Assembly: GCA_965657355.1 (NCBI GenBank) | Contig: CBFHOE010000004.1 | Span: 111,584-175,583, forward strand | From: Limisphaerales bacterium | GTDB taxonomy: Bacteria > Verrucomicrobiota > Verrucomicrobiia > Limisphaerales > JAJOIW01 | Reading direction: 5' to 3' | DNA: 64,000 nt | Part shown: positions 1 to 10,800 of the stretch, piece by piece | Layout: each line of letters starts with the position of its first letter | How positions within the stretch are numbered: position 1 is the stretch's first letter | Position numbers and translations under genes: made by a program | The notes under the pieces: generated by a model | What the model was told of the DNA's origin: nothing | The model's input: the letters and a program-made list of their open reading frames with translations, nothing else | The model's database searches: none

Positions 1-1051
1 GGACTTTCATACTCTTGATTTGGGGAGCATGCAAAGAGTCGTAAAAGCTTCCACTGATCTCATTGCTGAGGAATCCATCAGCGTTTACGCCAGAACTTCC
101 AATTTTTTAGAGGAGCTCCTTGTCGAAGAAGGGGACGTGGTTAAAAAGGGCGATGTTTTAATTCGCCTTCAAAACGATATCCAACTCACGCAGCTTCAAA
201 AAGCACAACTCAATGAAGAAAGGTCTAGAATTGAATACGAAAGGCTAAAATCACTGGCCAGTGATAATATTGTAAGTGAACAGGAATTCAAAAATGCAGA
301 ATTGGACTTAAAGCGTGAAAGGTTAATTCTAGAAGAAGCAGAGCGAGAGCTCGAGTTTACGGTCATCAAAGCTCCAATTGATGGCACTGTCACCGATAGG
401 CTCGTCAACCAAGGCGATATCATCAATACGGGTGCACAGCTTATTGACCTCGTAAATTTTGACTCTATCAAAGCTCCAATATATTTACCGGAAAGCGAGT
501 TACCCAACCTTAAGGTTGGGTTAAAATCCAGGGTGACATCACCGGCTATTGGAAAAACCGTGTACACTGGTGCCATCGAAAGAATTTCTCCTTTGGTGGA
601 TGCAAGGAGTGGAACTGTTGAAGTTATGGTGAGTTTTCCAAACAGCTCAGATCTTCGCCCAGGGATGTATGTTAATGTCGAGGTCATCACCAATGTGATC
701 AAAGATACCTTACTCATTCCCAGAGATTCATTGATTTACGACGCTGACCAAAGTTTTGTTTATCGTCTCGTTGCCGGAAAAGAATTTCCTAATCGTTCTA
801 TCGAAAGAGTTTTGATAGAGCCCATTTTGGAGGATCGTGATTTCGTTACAGTAAATCAAGGCCTTGAGAAAGGAGATCGAATTATTATCGTTGGCAAGTC
901 GGGTTTGAGAGTTGATACATTGGTTCGTTTGCCCGGAGACCCCGAAGAGGCCCCAAAAGATTTGCCATCGTCTTCTGGCAAAAAATCGGGGAATCCCACT
1001 GGATCTAAAAAAAATAAAAAATCAGACGTCAAAAGCAAATCCAAGGGATGA
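1..1051 (+). CDS. RND efflux periplasmic adaptor (membrane fusion protein), 5'-truncated by the window edge
   Basis: Frame is open from the window start. Lipoyl half-motifs (VEEGDVVKKGDVL, IKAPIDGTV..RLVNQGD), coiled-coil hairpin and LRPGMYV motif. Directly upstream of two RND permeases. Confidence 0.93.
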   Translation, partial: DFHTLDLGSMQRVVKASTDLIAEESISVYARTSNFLEELLVEEGDVVKKGDVLIRLQNDIQLTQLQKAQLNEERSRIEYERLKSLASDNIVSEQEFKNAELDLKRERLILEEAERELEFTVIKAPIDGTVTDRLVNQGDIINTGAQLIDLVNFDSIKAPIYLPESELPNLKVGLKSRVTSPAIGKTVYTGAIERISPLVDARSGTVEVMVSFPNSSDLRPGMYVNVEVITNVIKDTLLIPRDSLIYDADQSFVYRLVAGKEFPNRSIERVLIEPILEDRDFVTVNQGLEKGDRIIIVGKSGLRVDTLVRLPGDPEEAPKDLPSSSGKKSGNPTGSKKNKKSDVKSKSKG

Positions 1052-1087
1052 TCTCGCTGATTTAAATTTGAGACTGTCCACTTCATT

Positions 1088-4000
1088 ATGAACCAAAAAG
1101 CTGAAACCCGCCATTGGTTAACCGACAGACCGGTTGCTAATCTTGTTGTTTTCATGGCACTCGTTGTTTTCGGTTTCTTTTCACTCCGGCAATTGCCAAT
1201 TGAATTAATGCCAGAGTTAACATACCCAACCCTGACGGTTAGGACTGAATATCCAGGTACTGCACCTCAAGAAGTTGAAAATGAAATTAGCCGTCCGCTT
1301 GAAGAAGCTCTTGGTGTTGTTCCGGGCTTAAAAAGAATCAAGAGCATAAGCCGTTCAGGTGTCAGTGATGTTGTTATGGAGTTCCTTTGGGGAACAAATA
1401 TGGACAAAGCGACACAAGAGGCTATCGAAAAAATGGATAGGGTGTTTCTCCCAAGAGAAGCTGAGTCTCCGCTTGTTCTTCACTTTGATCCATCACTCGA
1501 CCCCATTATGGAGCTAAGCCTAGCAGGGATCGGCAATAGGTTTGATGGAGAGGCTGGTTTGAGGCGCTTGAGAAGAATCGGAGAACTTCAAGTTAAGAGA
1601 GAATTAGAAAGAATTGATGGCGTGGCTGCAGTTCGAGTTCGTGGTGGTTTGGAAGAAGAATTTCACGTGCTCCTTGATAGAGAGAGTATTGAGCGAACAA
1701 GTCTTTCTATACAGCAGGTAATAGACAAATTGCGCGCCGAGAACATTAATATGCCAGGTGGTTTGATCAAGGATGGCTCATCGGAATATATGATCCGAGC
1801 CCTCAACGAGTTTGAGAGTATAGACAGTATTTCTGATACGGTGGTTTTTAGAGAGGGAAACAGAGAAGTCAGGGTAAAAGATATTGGCGAGGTCAAGAGG
1901 ACGCACAGGGAGAAGGAGCTTATTACGAGGACAGATGGCAACGAGAGTGTTCAAATTGATATTTACAAAGAGGCCGATGCGAACATTGTGGCCGTAGCGG
2001 AAAGTATCAAAAACGCTGTGGGTGAAATCTCGAACCTAAAAAATAAGAAAAAAAGAAAAAAGTATGACCAAAAGAAAAACCCATTCGGAGCTAAGCCCAA
2101 GCTCAGTCGAATATTGATGGAGAATGAGTCCGCGTCATTAAAAATCACTGCTGATAGATCAGTTTTCATCAAAAACAGCATCAACGAGGTAAGAAATACT
2201 GCCTTGATTGGTGGCACGCTTGCGATTTTGATCCTCATCTTATTTCTCAAAGATGCAAAATCAACTGCTATCATAGGCGCATCCATTCCCATTTCCATAA
2301 TCATGACATTTGCGCCGATGAACCTATCTGGAGTGACCTTAAATATTATGTCTTTGGGAGGTCTTGCCATGGGCATTGGGATGCTTGTGGATTCATCCAT
2401 TGTTGTTTTGGAATCAATATTCAGGTGTCGCGAGGAAGGTGACTCGACCAAAAAGGCTTCGATTCGTGGAGCATCGGAAGTTAGAGGGGCTGTGGTGGCT
2501 TCTACTTTAACAAGTATCGCAGTATTTTTTCCAATGGTCTTTGTTGAGGGATTAGCAGGGCAGGCATTTTTTGATCTTGGATTAGCTGTAGTATTTAGCC
2601 TAACGGCCTCTTTGCTGGTCGCTGTTTTCTTTATACCCATGTTAGCTAGTAGGACGGGTCTTACAAATTTGAGTGCAACGAGCTTTCCTAAATTTGAGTT
2701 TCTAAGATGTTACGCATTGGATGCTTTTAAAGAATCATGCCACGATAATAAGCCTCCTCTGCGATACCTTTTGATGCCTTATTTTGTTTTGAGATTAATT
2801 TTGGCGATCTCATTAGAAGTTGTCGGCAAAATAGTCCTGGGAGTTTTCTTTTTGATACTTATTGGCCTGAAAAAATTGGTTCGAGGCATAGCTATAAGCA
2901 TGAAATGGTTGTTGCATTTCCCGCTTCAGGCGAGTTCTTTTGTGATTTCAATCGGATCTAGAATTTATGAATCAATTCTAGACCGGTGTTTGAAGACTGC
3001 GTATTTAGTCATACCCTTTTTAGTAGTATGCATGATTGGAATGTCCACACTTATCAGCCAATTGAATTCAGAGTTGCTACCTGAGATTCATCAAGGGGAA
3101 ATTACATTTGAAATGAGCCTGCCAATTGGCACTCCCATAGAAATTACCGATAAGGTGATGAAGGAGATTGAAAGCGCTGTTAATGAAAATCGAAGGCAAA
3201 TTAAAAGTCTTATTGTCTCTGTTGGGTATGATGTCACTAATATGCAGAGGTCTGATGAAGGAGAGCATACATCAAAATTTAAATTTCTGTTGACCCGTTC
3301 ATCAAACCCAAAGGATGTAGAGGACAGTGTCATTGGGCGCATGAGGAAAATATTGTTTACTGTTCCTGATTTAGATTTTCGAGTTGTGAGGCCGGTTTTG
3401 TTTTCATCCCAGACACCTATTGAAGTCGAAATTTTCGGGAATGATCTCAGAAAGCTAAAATCTCAAGCAGACCTGGCCACCACAGAACTCAACAAACTTG
3501 AAGAGCTTAATGATATTGAATCTTTATTAAAATCGGGTGCCCCCGAGATTCAGATCATTTACGACAGAGACCAAATTGCTAGGTTTGGTTTAAATGTTCA
3601 AGCTGTCGCGAGTCAGATAAGAGCAATGGTTCAAGGTTCTGAATCTACGAAATATAATTTAAAAGATAGAAGGATTCCAATCATAGTTCGCCTCAAAGAA
3701 GAGGACCGAAGCAATATTGAGGACGTTGAGAATATAACTGTTTCCATGATGGGAAGCGAACCTATTAAAATTTCCTCACTCGCAAGCATCCAGCAAGGTG
3801 AGGGACCCAGTGAAATAAGACGAATAGATGGGACGCGCACTGCTGTCATTCAAGCAAATCTAGGTGCCGGCTCATTAAGCCAAGCCGCAGCAGCCATTGA
3901 TCAATCACTCTCACAAAATCTACAATGGCCAGATGGTATGGGGTTCTTGATAACGGGCCAAAATCAGGAATGGCAGGAAAGTCAAAAAAGTTTGTTTTTA

Positions 4001-4504
4001 GCATTAGGTTTAAGTCTATTTCTTGTTTACGTGATAATGGCCGCTCAATTTGAATCCCTTGCACAGCCCCTATTGATTATGTTCACAATACCGCTGGCTT
4101 TTTTGGGTACTTTTCTAGGGTTGTATTTATTTGGAATCCCACTCTCGGTTGTGGTGATGCTTGGCATGATTATGTTGGCTGGCATTGTCGTCAACAATGC
4201 TATCGTATTAGTGGATTACTCCAATCAGCTCATTATGAGGGGCATGCCTGTCGGCGAAGCCATTCGCATGTCTTCCAGTGTAAGATTCAGACCTATTCTC
4301 ATGACCACTTTAACGACCATATTGGGACTGTTACCAATGGTTCTTATTAGTGGTGATGGCGCGGAAATCAGAACGCCAATGGCGTTTGCTGTCATCACCG
4401 GTTTGGTGACATCGACATTATTAACTCTTTTGATTATTCCAACACTCTACTATCTCTTGGCAAAAGTGATTCCCCCATCATCTTTAACTAAAGAGCCCTC
4501 ATGA
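1088..4504 (+). CDS. RND efflux permease (AcrB/AcrD/AcrF family), subunit 1
   Basis: 1138 aa with TM1, large periplasmic loop, TM2-6, second loop and TM8-12. Motifs GMLVDSSIVV and RFRPILMTTLTTILGLLP. Confidence 0.95.
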   Translation: MNQKAETRHWLTDRPVANLVVFMALVVFGFFSLRQLPIELMPELTYPTLTVRTEYPGTAPQEVENEISRPLEEALGVVPGLKRIKSISRSGVSDVVMEFLWGTNMDKATQEAIEKMDRVFLPREAESPLVLHFDPSLDPIMELSLAGIGNRFDGEAGLRRLRRIGELQVKRELERIDGVAAVRVRGGLEEEFHVLLDRESIERTSLSIQQVIDKLRAENINMPGGLIKDGSSEYMIRALNEFESIDSISDTVVFREGNREVRVKDIGEVKRTHREKELITRTDGNESVQIDIYKEADANIVAVAESIKNAVGEISNLKNKKKRKKYDQKKNPFGAKPKLSRILMENESASLKITADRSVFIKNSINEVRNTALIGGTLAILILILFLKDAKSTAIIGASIPISIIMTFAPMNLSGVTLNIMSLGGLAMGIGMLVDSSIVVLESIFRCREEGDSTKKASIRGASEVRGAVVASTLTSIAVFFPMVFVEGLAGQAFFDLGLAVVFSLTASLLVAVFFIPMLASRTGLTNLSATSFPKFEFLRCYALDAFKESCHDNKPPLRYLLMPYFVLRLILAISLEVVGKIVLGVFFLILIGLKKLVRGIAISMKWLLHFPLQASSFVISIGSRIYESILDRCLKTAYLVIPFLVVCMIGMSTLISQLNSELLPEIHQGEITFEMSLPIGTPIEITDKVMKEIESAVNENRRQIKSLIVSVGYDVTNMQRSDEGEHTSKFKFLLTRSSNPKDVEDSVIGRMRKILFTVPDLDFRVVRPVLFSSQTPIEVEIFGNDLRKLKSQADLATTELNKLEELNDIESLLKSGAPEIQIIYDRDQIARFGLNVQAVASQIRAMVQGSESTKYNLKDRRIPIIVRLKEEDRSNIEDVENITVSMMGSEPIKISSLASIQQGEGPSEIRRIDGTRTAVIQANLGAGSLSQAAAAIDQSLSQNLQWPDGMGFLITGQNQEWQESQKSLFLALGLSLFLVYVIMAAQFESLAQPLLIMFTIPLAFLGTFLGLYLFGIPLSVVVMLGMIMLAGIVVNNAIVLVDYSNQLIMRGMPVGEAIRMSSSVRFRPILMTTLTTILGLLPMVLISGDGAEIRTPMAFAVITGLVTSTLLTLLIIPTLYYLLAKVIPPSSLTKEPS

Positions 4505-4552
4505 GTAAGTGGGTATCTAGCGCAACAGCAACCCCATAAATGAAGAAACAAA

Positions 4553-7500
4553 ATGAAAGGTGCCAATACTATGAAACAAGGCCTTGTTGACCGTGTGGTC
4601 GGTCTGACGCTGAAAAGAAAAGTGGGTGTATTGGTTCTTTTCATATCACTCCTTGTCATTGGAATAATCGCCACTCGAGGAATTCCTAGAGAGTTAATGC
4701 CTAATGGTTTTGTGGGACAAGGGCTTCAAGTATCGGTTCCGTGGCAAACCACTCCAACCAAAGAAATGCTGGAAAAGGTGACCATCCCACTTGAGGATCA
4801 ACTTTCCACTGTAAAAGGCTTAGATAATTTAAACTCCAATACCTCAACCGGCAGGTCTACGGTCATGCTGACGTTCAAACAAAATGCCGATATGGATGTA
4901 GCGTACAGGGAGGTGAGAGATAGAGTCCAAAGAGCGCAATCCACCTTTCCGGATGAAGTAGATAGATTTACAATTAGCAAGGAGGACCCATCATCCATCC
5001 CAATAGCAATGGTTGGTGTCACTCTTCCTGAAGGCACTTCGGATTACTACAATCTAATAAATGATAAGATTATTATCCCATTATCAAGAGTGGAAGGTGT
5101 AGCTCGAGTGGAAGCTCAGGGTCTGTTTGATAAACAAATTAATATCGATATTGATAGATCTAAAGCTGAGGCCTCAGGTGTTAATTTATACGAAGTTGCA
5201 GAAGAACTTCGTCAGGATAACTTCACGATGGCGAGCGGATATGTGCGTCGTGGGAGCTCCAAACTGGCTCTCCGATCTATCGCTAATTACACCTCAATGG
5301 AAGATATTGAAAACCGTCCTATCAACAGAAGGGTAAAGGTTAAGGATATTGGTGAAATAAAATATGAGTTACCGGATACACCATTTTCAGTGCGGGTAAA
5401 TAGCGATGACGCTTTTGGATTAGCTGTATATAAAGAAGGTGTCGCTAATACCGTCAAAACCTGTAAAGCACTTCAGAATAAATTGGCGGAATTAAGTCAA
5501 GATCCAGTACTTGCCGGACTTCATATGGAAGCTTTTTTCGACCAAGGCCAATTGATCACGATGTCATTGGATAATCTAACTGACAGTGGCGTCATTGGAG
5601 GAGGGCTCGCAGCCATTATTCTCTTATTCTTTTTAAGAAGATTTCGCATGACCTTAATCATAGCCCTGAGCATTCCGACATCTTTGTTAATAGCTCTGAT
5701 TGCTATGTATTTCACCGGAGAATCTCTCAATATTCTCACAATGTTGGCACTTGTCATTTGCGTTGGTTTGCTTGTCGATAATTCCGTCGTTGTCGCTGAG
5801 AATATCTACAGACTTATAGATGAGGGAGTTGATGGGAAAAAGGCATGCATAGCTGGTGTTTCAGAGATTGCATTAGCCATTTCAATGGCAACTTTAACCA
5901 CCATTATTGTTTTTCTCCCGATTTCTTTAATTGGAGGACCCGCGCAATTTTGGCTTCAAAAGCTTAGTATTCCGATAATAATGTCCCTTCTGGGGTCTCT
6001 GCTCGTCGCCTTAATCTTTATCCCACTCGCTGTTTATATCACCCAAACATCAACTGACAAAAATAATGGCCTCAGGAAACCCAAAGAAAAGCATCAAAAT
6101 AGTTTTCTGGAAAATTTGAGGTGCTACAGAAACTCAGTGCTGGTAGGGGTATACAATTTTACTTTTGGAAATATTGCCAAATTTTACTCCGTGCTTTTAA
6201 GTTTTTTCATGAAAAACAGGATGGGGTTGTTTTTCATCACTCTCATAACCTTTGCGATAACCCAGCAAGTTATATTCAAAAAAGTGAAATTCGTGCCAAG
6301 CCAAGAAGAAGATCAAATGAGTTTTGCGATCGGAGTCCGTTTGTCTGACGAATATACTTTCGAACAAACTTCCCAGTATTTTAAAAATGCAGAATCAGTT
6401 GTGGAATCAATGTCCGAAGAGCTCGGGCTAAAGGGCTACATGCTGATGCATTTCAAGAACGGGGGGAATATCCAAGGGTGGTTGGACGAGACTAAAAAAG
6501 ATCGCCCGGTAGCTAAAGATAGTATGGCTAAACTAGCTCAATCGCTCGAAAAACAGCCAGGCGTGAGGCTTTTCTACGGCCAGGAAAACAACGATCAAGA
6601 CAATAATGAAAAAGCGACTTACTCAATATGGTTTTATGGCGAGGACGCAGATGCTTTGAAACAATTGACTGACAATTTGGAGATTGAGCTTGAGGAAGTT
6701 CCTGGTGTCATCGGAGTGAAATACCGTAACGACAGATCCCCCAATGAGTTGGCTTTAGTTATGAACCGAGAAAAATTAAGTGCCAGCAATGTTAGTCCTC
6801 AGCTGGTAGCCGGAGTCATAAACTATGCATTACAAGGCCAAAGATTGTCTCGTTACAATCTAAATGGAAAAGAGGTTCCCATTTACGCTATCTTTCAAAA
6901 GAAAGATAGAGAAAAGCTTGACGATCTTCTTTCATTTCAAGTCCCCACAGGTCAGAGCGACGGGGTTGTTCCTTTATCTGCGCTAACTACGACAGAATTT
7001 CTCCAGACTCCATCAAAAATATTCCGGAACAATCGTAGGATATCACGAGTTATCACTTTGGATTTAGAGCCAGATAAGGCGGAAGAGACAAAGAGGGTGC
7101 TCTCTGCAATTAAAAATTCTTTGGATCTCCCGGAGGGTATCACCTATGACGCACCCAACGAATCCATCCCAATTGATGACATAAAAAACATGAGCATGGC
7201 TGCCTTGCTTTCCATTGTTTTCATCTACCTTTTGATGAGTTTTTTGTTTGAAAGTTTTATCCTCCCTTTGTCCATTATCATGACGATTCCTCTGGCTAGT
7301 CTTGGTGTTCTCTGGGGACACTATTTTGGCGGGCATGACATTGATGTATTGGGGTGTATCGGGGGCATTTTGTTAATTGGTGTTGTTGTCAATAATGGGA
7401 TTGTTTTGATCGACTACGTAAATCGACTCAGATTGTCCGGCTTGTCTAGGTATGAGGCGATCATGCTCGCGACCAAGCGACGATTCCGTCCCATCTCTAT

Positions 7501-7750
7501 GACGGCTCTAACCACCATTATTGGAATGATTCCACTGGCTTTCAGTCCACCAAATAGTATGGGGATCAGTTACAAAAGCTTCGGAATGACTTTAATCGGC
7601 GGAATGACATCAGCCACCTTACTCACTTTGTTGGTTGTGCCGGTTTTCTATACTTTCTTTGATGATGCCCGCAACTTTGCCACGAGTTACGTCGGTAAAG
7701 TATTTAGAATCGATCTTACCAATCAGCAGCCTTCCTCTTCTTCTGAATGA
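4553..7750 (+). CDS. RND efflux permease (AcrB/AcrD/AcrF family), subunit 2
   Basis: 1065 aa with the same RND architecture. Motifs GLLVDNSVVV and RFRPISMTALTTIIGMIP. Confidence 0.95.
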   Translation: MKGANTMKQGLVDRVVGLTLKRKVGVLVLFISLLVIGIIATRGIPRELMPNGFVGQGLQVSVPWQTTPTKEMLEKVTIPLEDQLSTVKGLDNLNSNTSTGRSTVMLTFKQNADMDVAYREVRDRVQRAQSTFPDEVDRFTISKEDPSSIPIAMVGVTLPEGTSDYYNLINDKIIIPLSRVEGVARVEAQGLFDKQINIDIDRSKAEASGVNLYEVAEELRQDNFTMASGYVRRGSSKLALRSIANYTSMEDIENRPINRRVKVKDIGEIKYELPDTPFSVRVNSDDAFGLAVYKEGVANTVKTCKALQNKLAELSQDPVLAGLHMEAFFDQGQLITMSLDNLTDSGVIGGGLAAIILLFFLRRFRMTLIIALSIPTSLLIALIAMYFTGESLNILTMLALVICVGLLVDNSVVVAENIYRLIDEGVDGKKACIAGVSEIALAISMATLTTIIVFLPISLIGGPAQFWLQKLSIPIIMSLLGSLLVALIFIPLAVYITQTSTDKNNGLRKPKEKHQNSFLENLRCYRNSVLVGVYNFTFGNIAKFYSVLLSFFMKNRMGLFFITLITFAITQQVIFKKVKFVPSQEEDQMSFAIGVRLSDEYTFEQTSQYFKNAESVVESMSEELGLKGYMLMHFKNGGNIQGWLDETKKDRPVAKDSMAKLAQSLEKQPGVRLFYGQENNDQDNNEKATYSIWFYGEDADALKQLTDNLEIELEEVPGVIGVKYRNDRSPNELALVMNREKLSASNVSPQLVAGVINYALQGQRLSRYNLNGKEVPIYAIFQKKDREKLDDLLSFQVPTGQSDGVVPLSALTTTEFLQTPSKIFRNNRRISRVITLDLEPDKAEETKRVLSAIKNSLDLPEGITYDAPNESIPIDDIKNMSMAALLSIVFIYLLMSFLFESFILPLSIIMTIPLASLGVLWGHYFGGHDIDVLGCIGGILLIGVVVNNGIVLIDYVNRLRLSGLSRYEAIMLATKRRFRPISMTALTTIIGMIPLAFSPPNSMGISYKSFGMTLIGGMTSATLLTLLVVPVFYTFFDDARNFATSYVGKVFRIDLTNQQPSSSSE

Positions 7751-7813
7751 AAAATTAATAATAATTATTTCCTTTCAGATCGCAGGATGATAAGGTTTTT
7801 CCTGAAAAATCGA

Positions 7814-7829
7814 TGTGATTTACCTCACA
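7814..7829. promoter_or_regulatory. CRP-family binding-site consensus TGTGA-N6-TCACA
   Basis: TGTGATTTACCTCACA is an exact match to the CRP core consensus, intergenic and ending 23 bp before the ATG at 7853. Confidence 0.55.
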
Positions 7830-7852
7830 GACTTTAAATTTTTAATAGATAT

Positions 7853-10800
7853 ATGCATTTAAGGCATCTCATACTCAGTTTGAAATTCACTTTTCTGGGG
7901 GTTTTTGGCGTCTTCATGGCTTTCACTGCCAACAGTTTTGAAGAGGGCAAAAATTTTGGGTTTGATGTCTATGGATACGAGCAAGGCCTTCAAAATCCTT
8001 TGGTGAAATGGGTTTCAGAAACGAGTCAAGGGCGCTTATGGGTGGCAACTGACGGTGGCGTATTTCGCTATGACGGGCAGCGGATTATTGAGTTGAAAGA
8101 CGAGCAGGACAACAGCATGGACTATGCTAAGAGCGTCCATTTCGATAATCGTCCTGGAAAAAACATACTTTATATATCCACTGATAGTGGCTTCTGTTAT
8201 TTAAATCTTGATAATGTTCAGGATATCGAAAGAGCCGAATGGAAAAAAATAGATAAGTATACCCCCGAGACTGGACCGGAAATTGACTTAGCATTTCCAA
8301 AAGCAATTTTCCAAGATTCATCTGGTCAAGTCTGGTTTTCCGACAACAATGCGATATACAATTTTAGCTTCGAATCTGAGAAATTAAATAGATTTTCATT
8401 CGATCATCTCGACTCCGGCGTCGACTATTTCAGGTCGTTCAGCTTTGTGGAATTGGACGATGGAAGACTCATGGCAAGCAGTTTTGATGGCATTATATTT
8501 TTCTATGACCCAGAAAAAAATACCTTTGAGGAAATAAAAACCTCGGGAATGATTGACGAAGTCTATTGGATTTTGAGTTTGGGCAACTCTCAGGTGCTTA
8601 TTGGTGGGAAGGAAGGAGTTTTCATGGCCACTATGGATGAGTCAAATGAACAAGGAGTGGTTGCTATTTACGAAATTTTAAAAACTGACTCGCCTGTTGT
8701 CTCCATGATTCCGGTTTACGAAGGAGAAAGACAATATTTAGTAGCTACGAGGCATGGTGGAATTAGTCTCATAAGTCTTGATTCTGACTACCGAGTGCTT
8801 TCGCAAGATGCCTTTATCACTCCCGATTCATTCAATCGCCACCACTTATTAAGAACCTCAGGAAATTTCTTGATATGTAGCTCTGACCGCGGCATGGAAT
8901 TTATCAACTTATTTGATATTGGTATTGAGACCTTTACAAATGAAGGAAATGAGATTGATGATCCCAGCCTTTCGGACGTTAAAATTATCCAAGTATACGA
9001 CGATGCGACATACTCGTTTAATGGAGGTGGAGTTTGGAAACTTGACTATTTAAATAAAAAAGGTGGCTCAAAGCTTCTGTTCAAAATTTCTGACTTCAAA
9101 AGGAATCGTAACATTTTGTCGGGCACGGTCAATTCCTCTGGTTTTTGGATTGCTGGGAACTGGGGGTCAATTCTCCATATTTCCGAAAAAGGTGATTTGA
9201 TTAAAGAATATATGAGTTTTTCAGAAGCCCCATTTATAGATTTATTCTACACCTTTAGTGACAATCAAAATAGAATTTGGACGATTGGTGGCGGGTATTC
9301 GAAGATATTAATGATAGACGGCAATCGTGAAACATATGAATTTGAACTAAGTCAGGCACCTGAAGTTTTCCCCCACGTTATCAGGCAATCCCAAGATGGG
9401 AGGATTGTTGTAGGAGGGCGATATAGTTTAGAAGACCAAAACCAGAAAAAAAATTCAGCAGAAAATTTATTACATGTCTTTAATGAATCGAGTCGAACAT
9501 TTGATCCATTAAAATTAAGCATCAATGAAAATATCTCTCATCTGGAAATCGATGATTTTTCTTTTCTGAATGAAGGCCACAAGGAAGTCGTCATGGCGAC
9601 TAGAAACGGTGTTTTCCAGACTGATAAAGAACTGAATTTATTCAAAATCAATTTGGATCAAGGAAATGAGTTGAATAATACAAGAGGGGTGATTGCAGAC
9701 CAAAGTAATAACACTATCTGGGTCGCAAACGAGCTTGAAATTGTAAAGCTTAAGAGAAATGATGATGTAAAATCTTATAAGACCGAATATTTTAATATCC
9801 CATTACAATTCCGAACAGGCCAATTCTCATACCGATCATTGACCATCGATTCCACAGGAAAAATTGCAGCAGGCACTCATTCAGGCGTCGCCTATGAGAA
9901 TTTCACATCCATAATTAGACCAACTCGAAAGCCCCAATTCGTTATGGAAGATTTGATTGATAAATCAGATGGGAGTGATGGCCCTTATTTCAAGGCTTTG
10001 GATAATCAGGGGTTTGCTGTTGAATATATTTCTTTTGAATACCCGAATAATAATCTCCTTTATAAGTACAGAATCAATGATTCGAGTTGGCGAACGAAAA
10101 GGGGTAATAAAATATACATAAGACCCGGGGATCTTCCACTCGGCTCAAATATTATTCATGTCATTGCGAAGCAGGAAGGAAATTACGCTTGGAGCCAGGT
10201 GGCGGCCTTGAATGTAGATATACATAAGCCTGTGTATAAAACCGTAGTGTTCTGGATCTTAATAATGATAGTCGTTGTCGTTGTTCCAACACTAATTCAC
10301 TTATGGAGGACAAAGTCTCTCAAACGCCGAAATCTCGAACTTGAAAATGTCGTCACTCAGAGAACAAAAACAATCACCGAGAAAAATACTGTGTTGGCGG
10401 AACAAGCTGAAAGGATTTCGAATCACCTTAATTCCATAAAACTGACCAACGAAAGGCTGGAAAAAACGACCGCGGAGGCAAAGTTCATGGCTTCCAAGGC
10501 AGAACAGGCGAATAAAGCAAAAGGCGATTTTTTGGCTGCCATGAGTCATGAGATTAGGACCCCGATGAATGGCGTTATAGGTTTTGCCAATCTCCTGCAA
10601 GAAACAACCCTCAATGCAGAACAAACGCGTTACACTTCTTACTTAAAGCAATCTGGAGAATCCCTTGTTGCGATTATCGAAGACATTTTAGACTTTTCGA
10701 AAATTGAAGCCGGTAAGTTGGAGCTGGAGAATAAAATTTTCAACCTCAAAGAAATAATAGACCATGTCGCCGACACGTCATACCAAACTTCAAGTGAAAA

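Noticed and set aside
196..7336. Many antisense or alternative-frame ORFs (for example 196-717, 1963-2640, 4798-5037) inside the RND genes, with similar ones across the window
   Set aside because: They are shadows of well-supported genes and carry no motifs.
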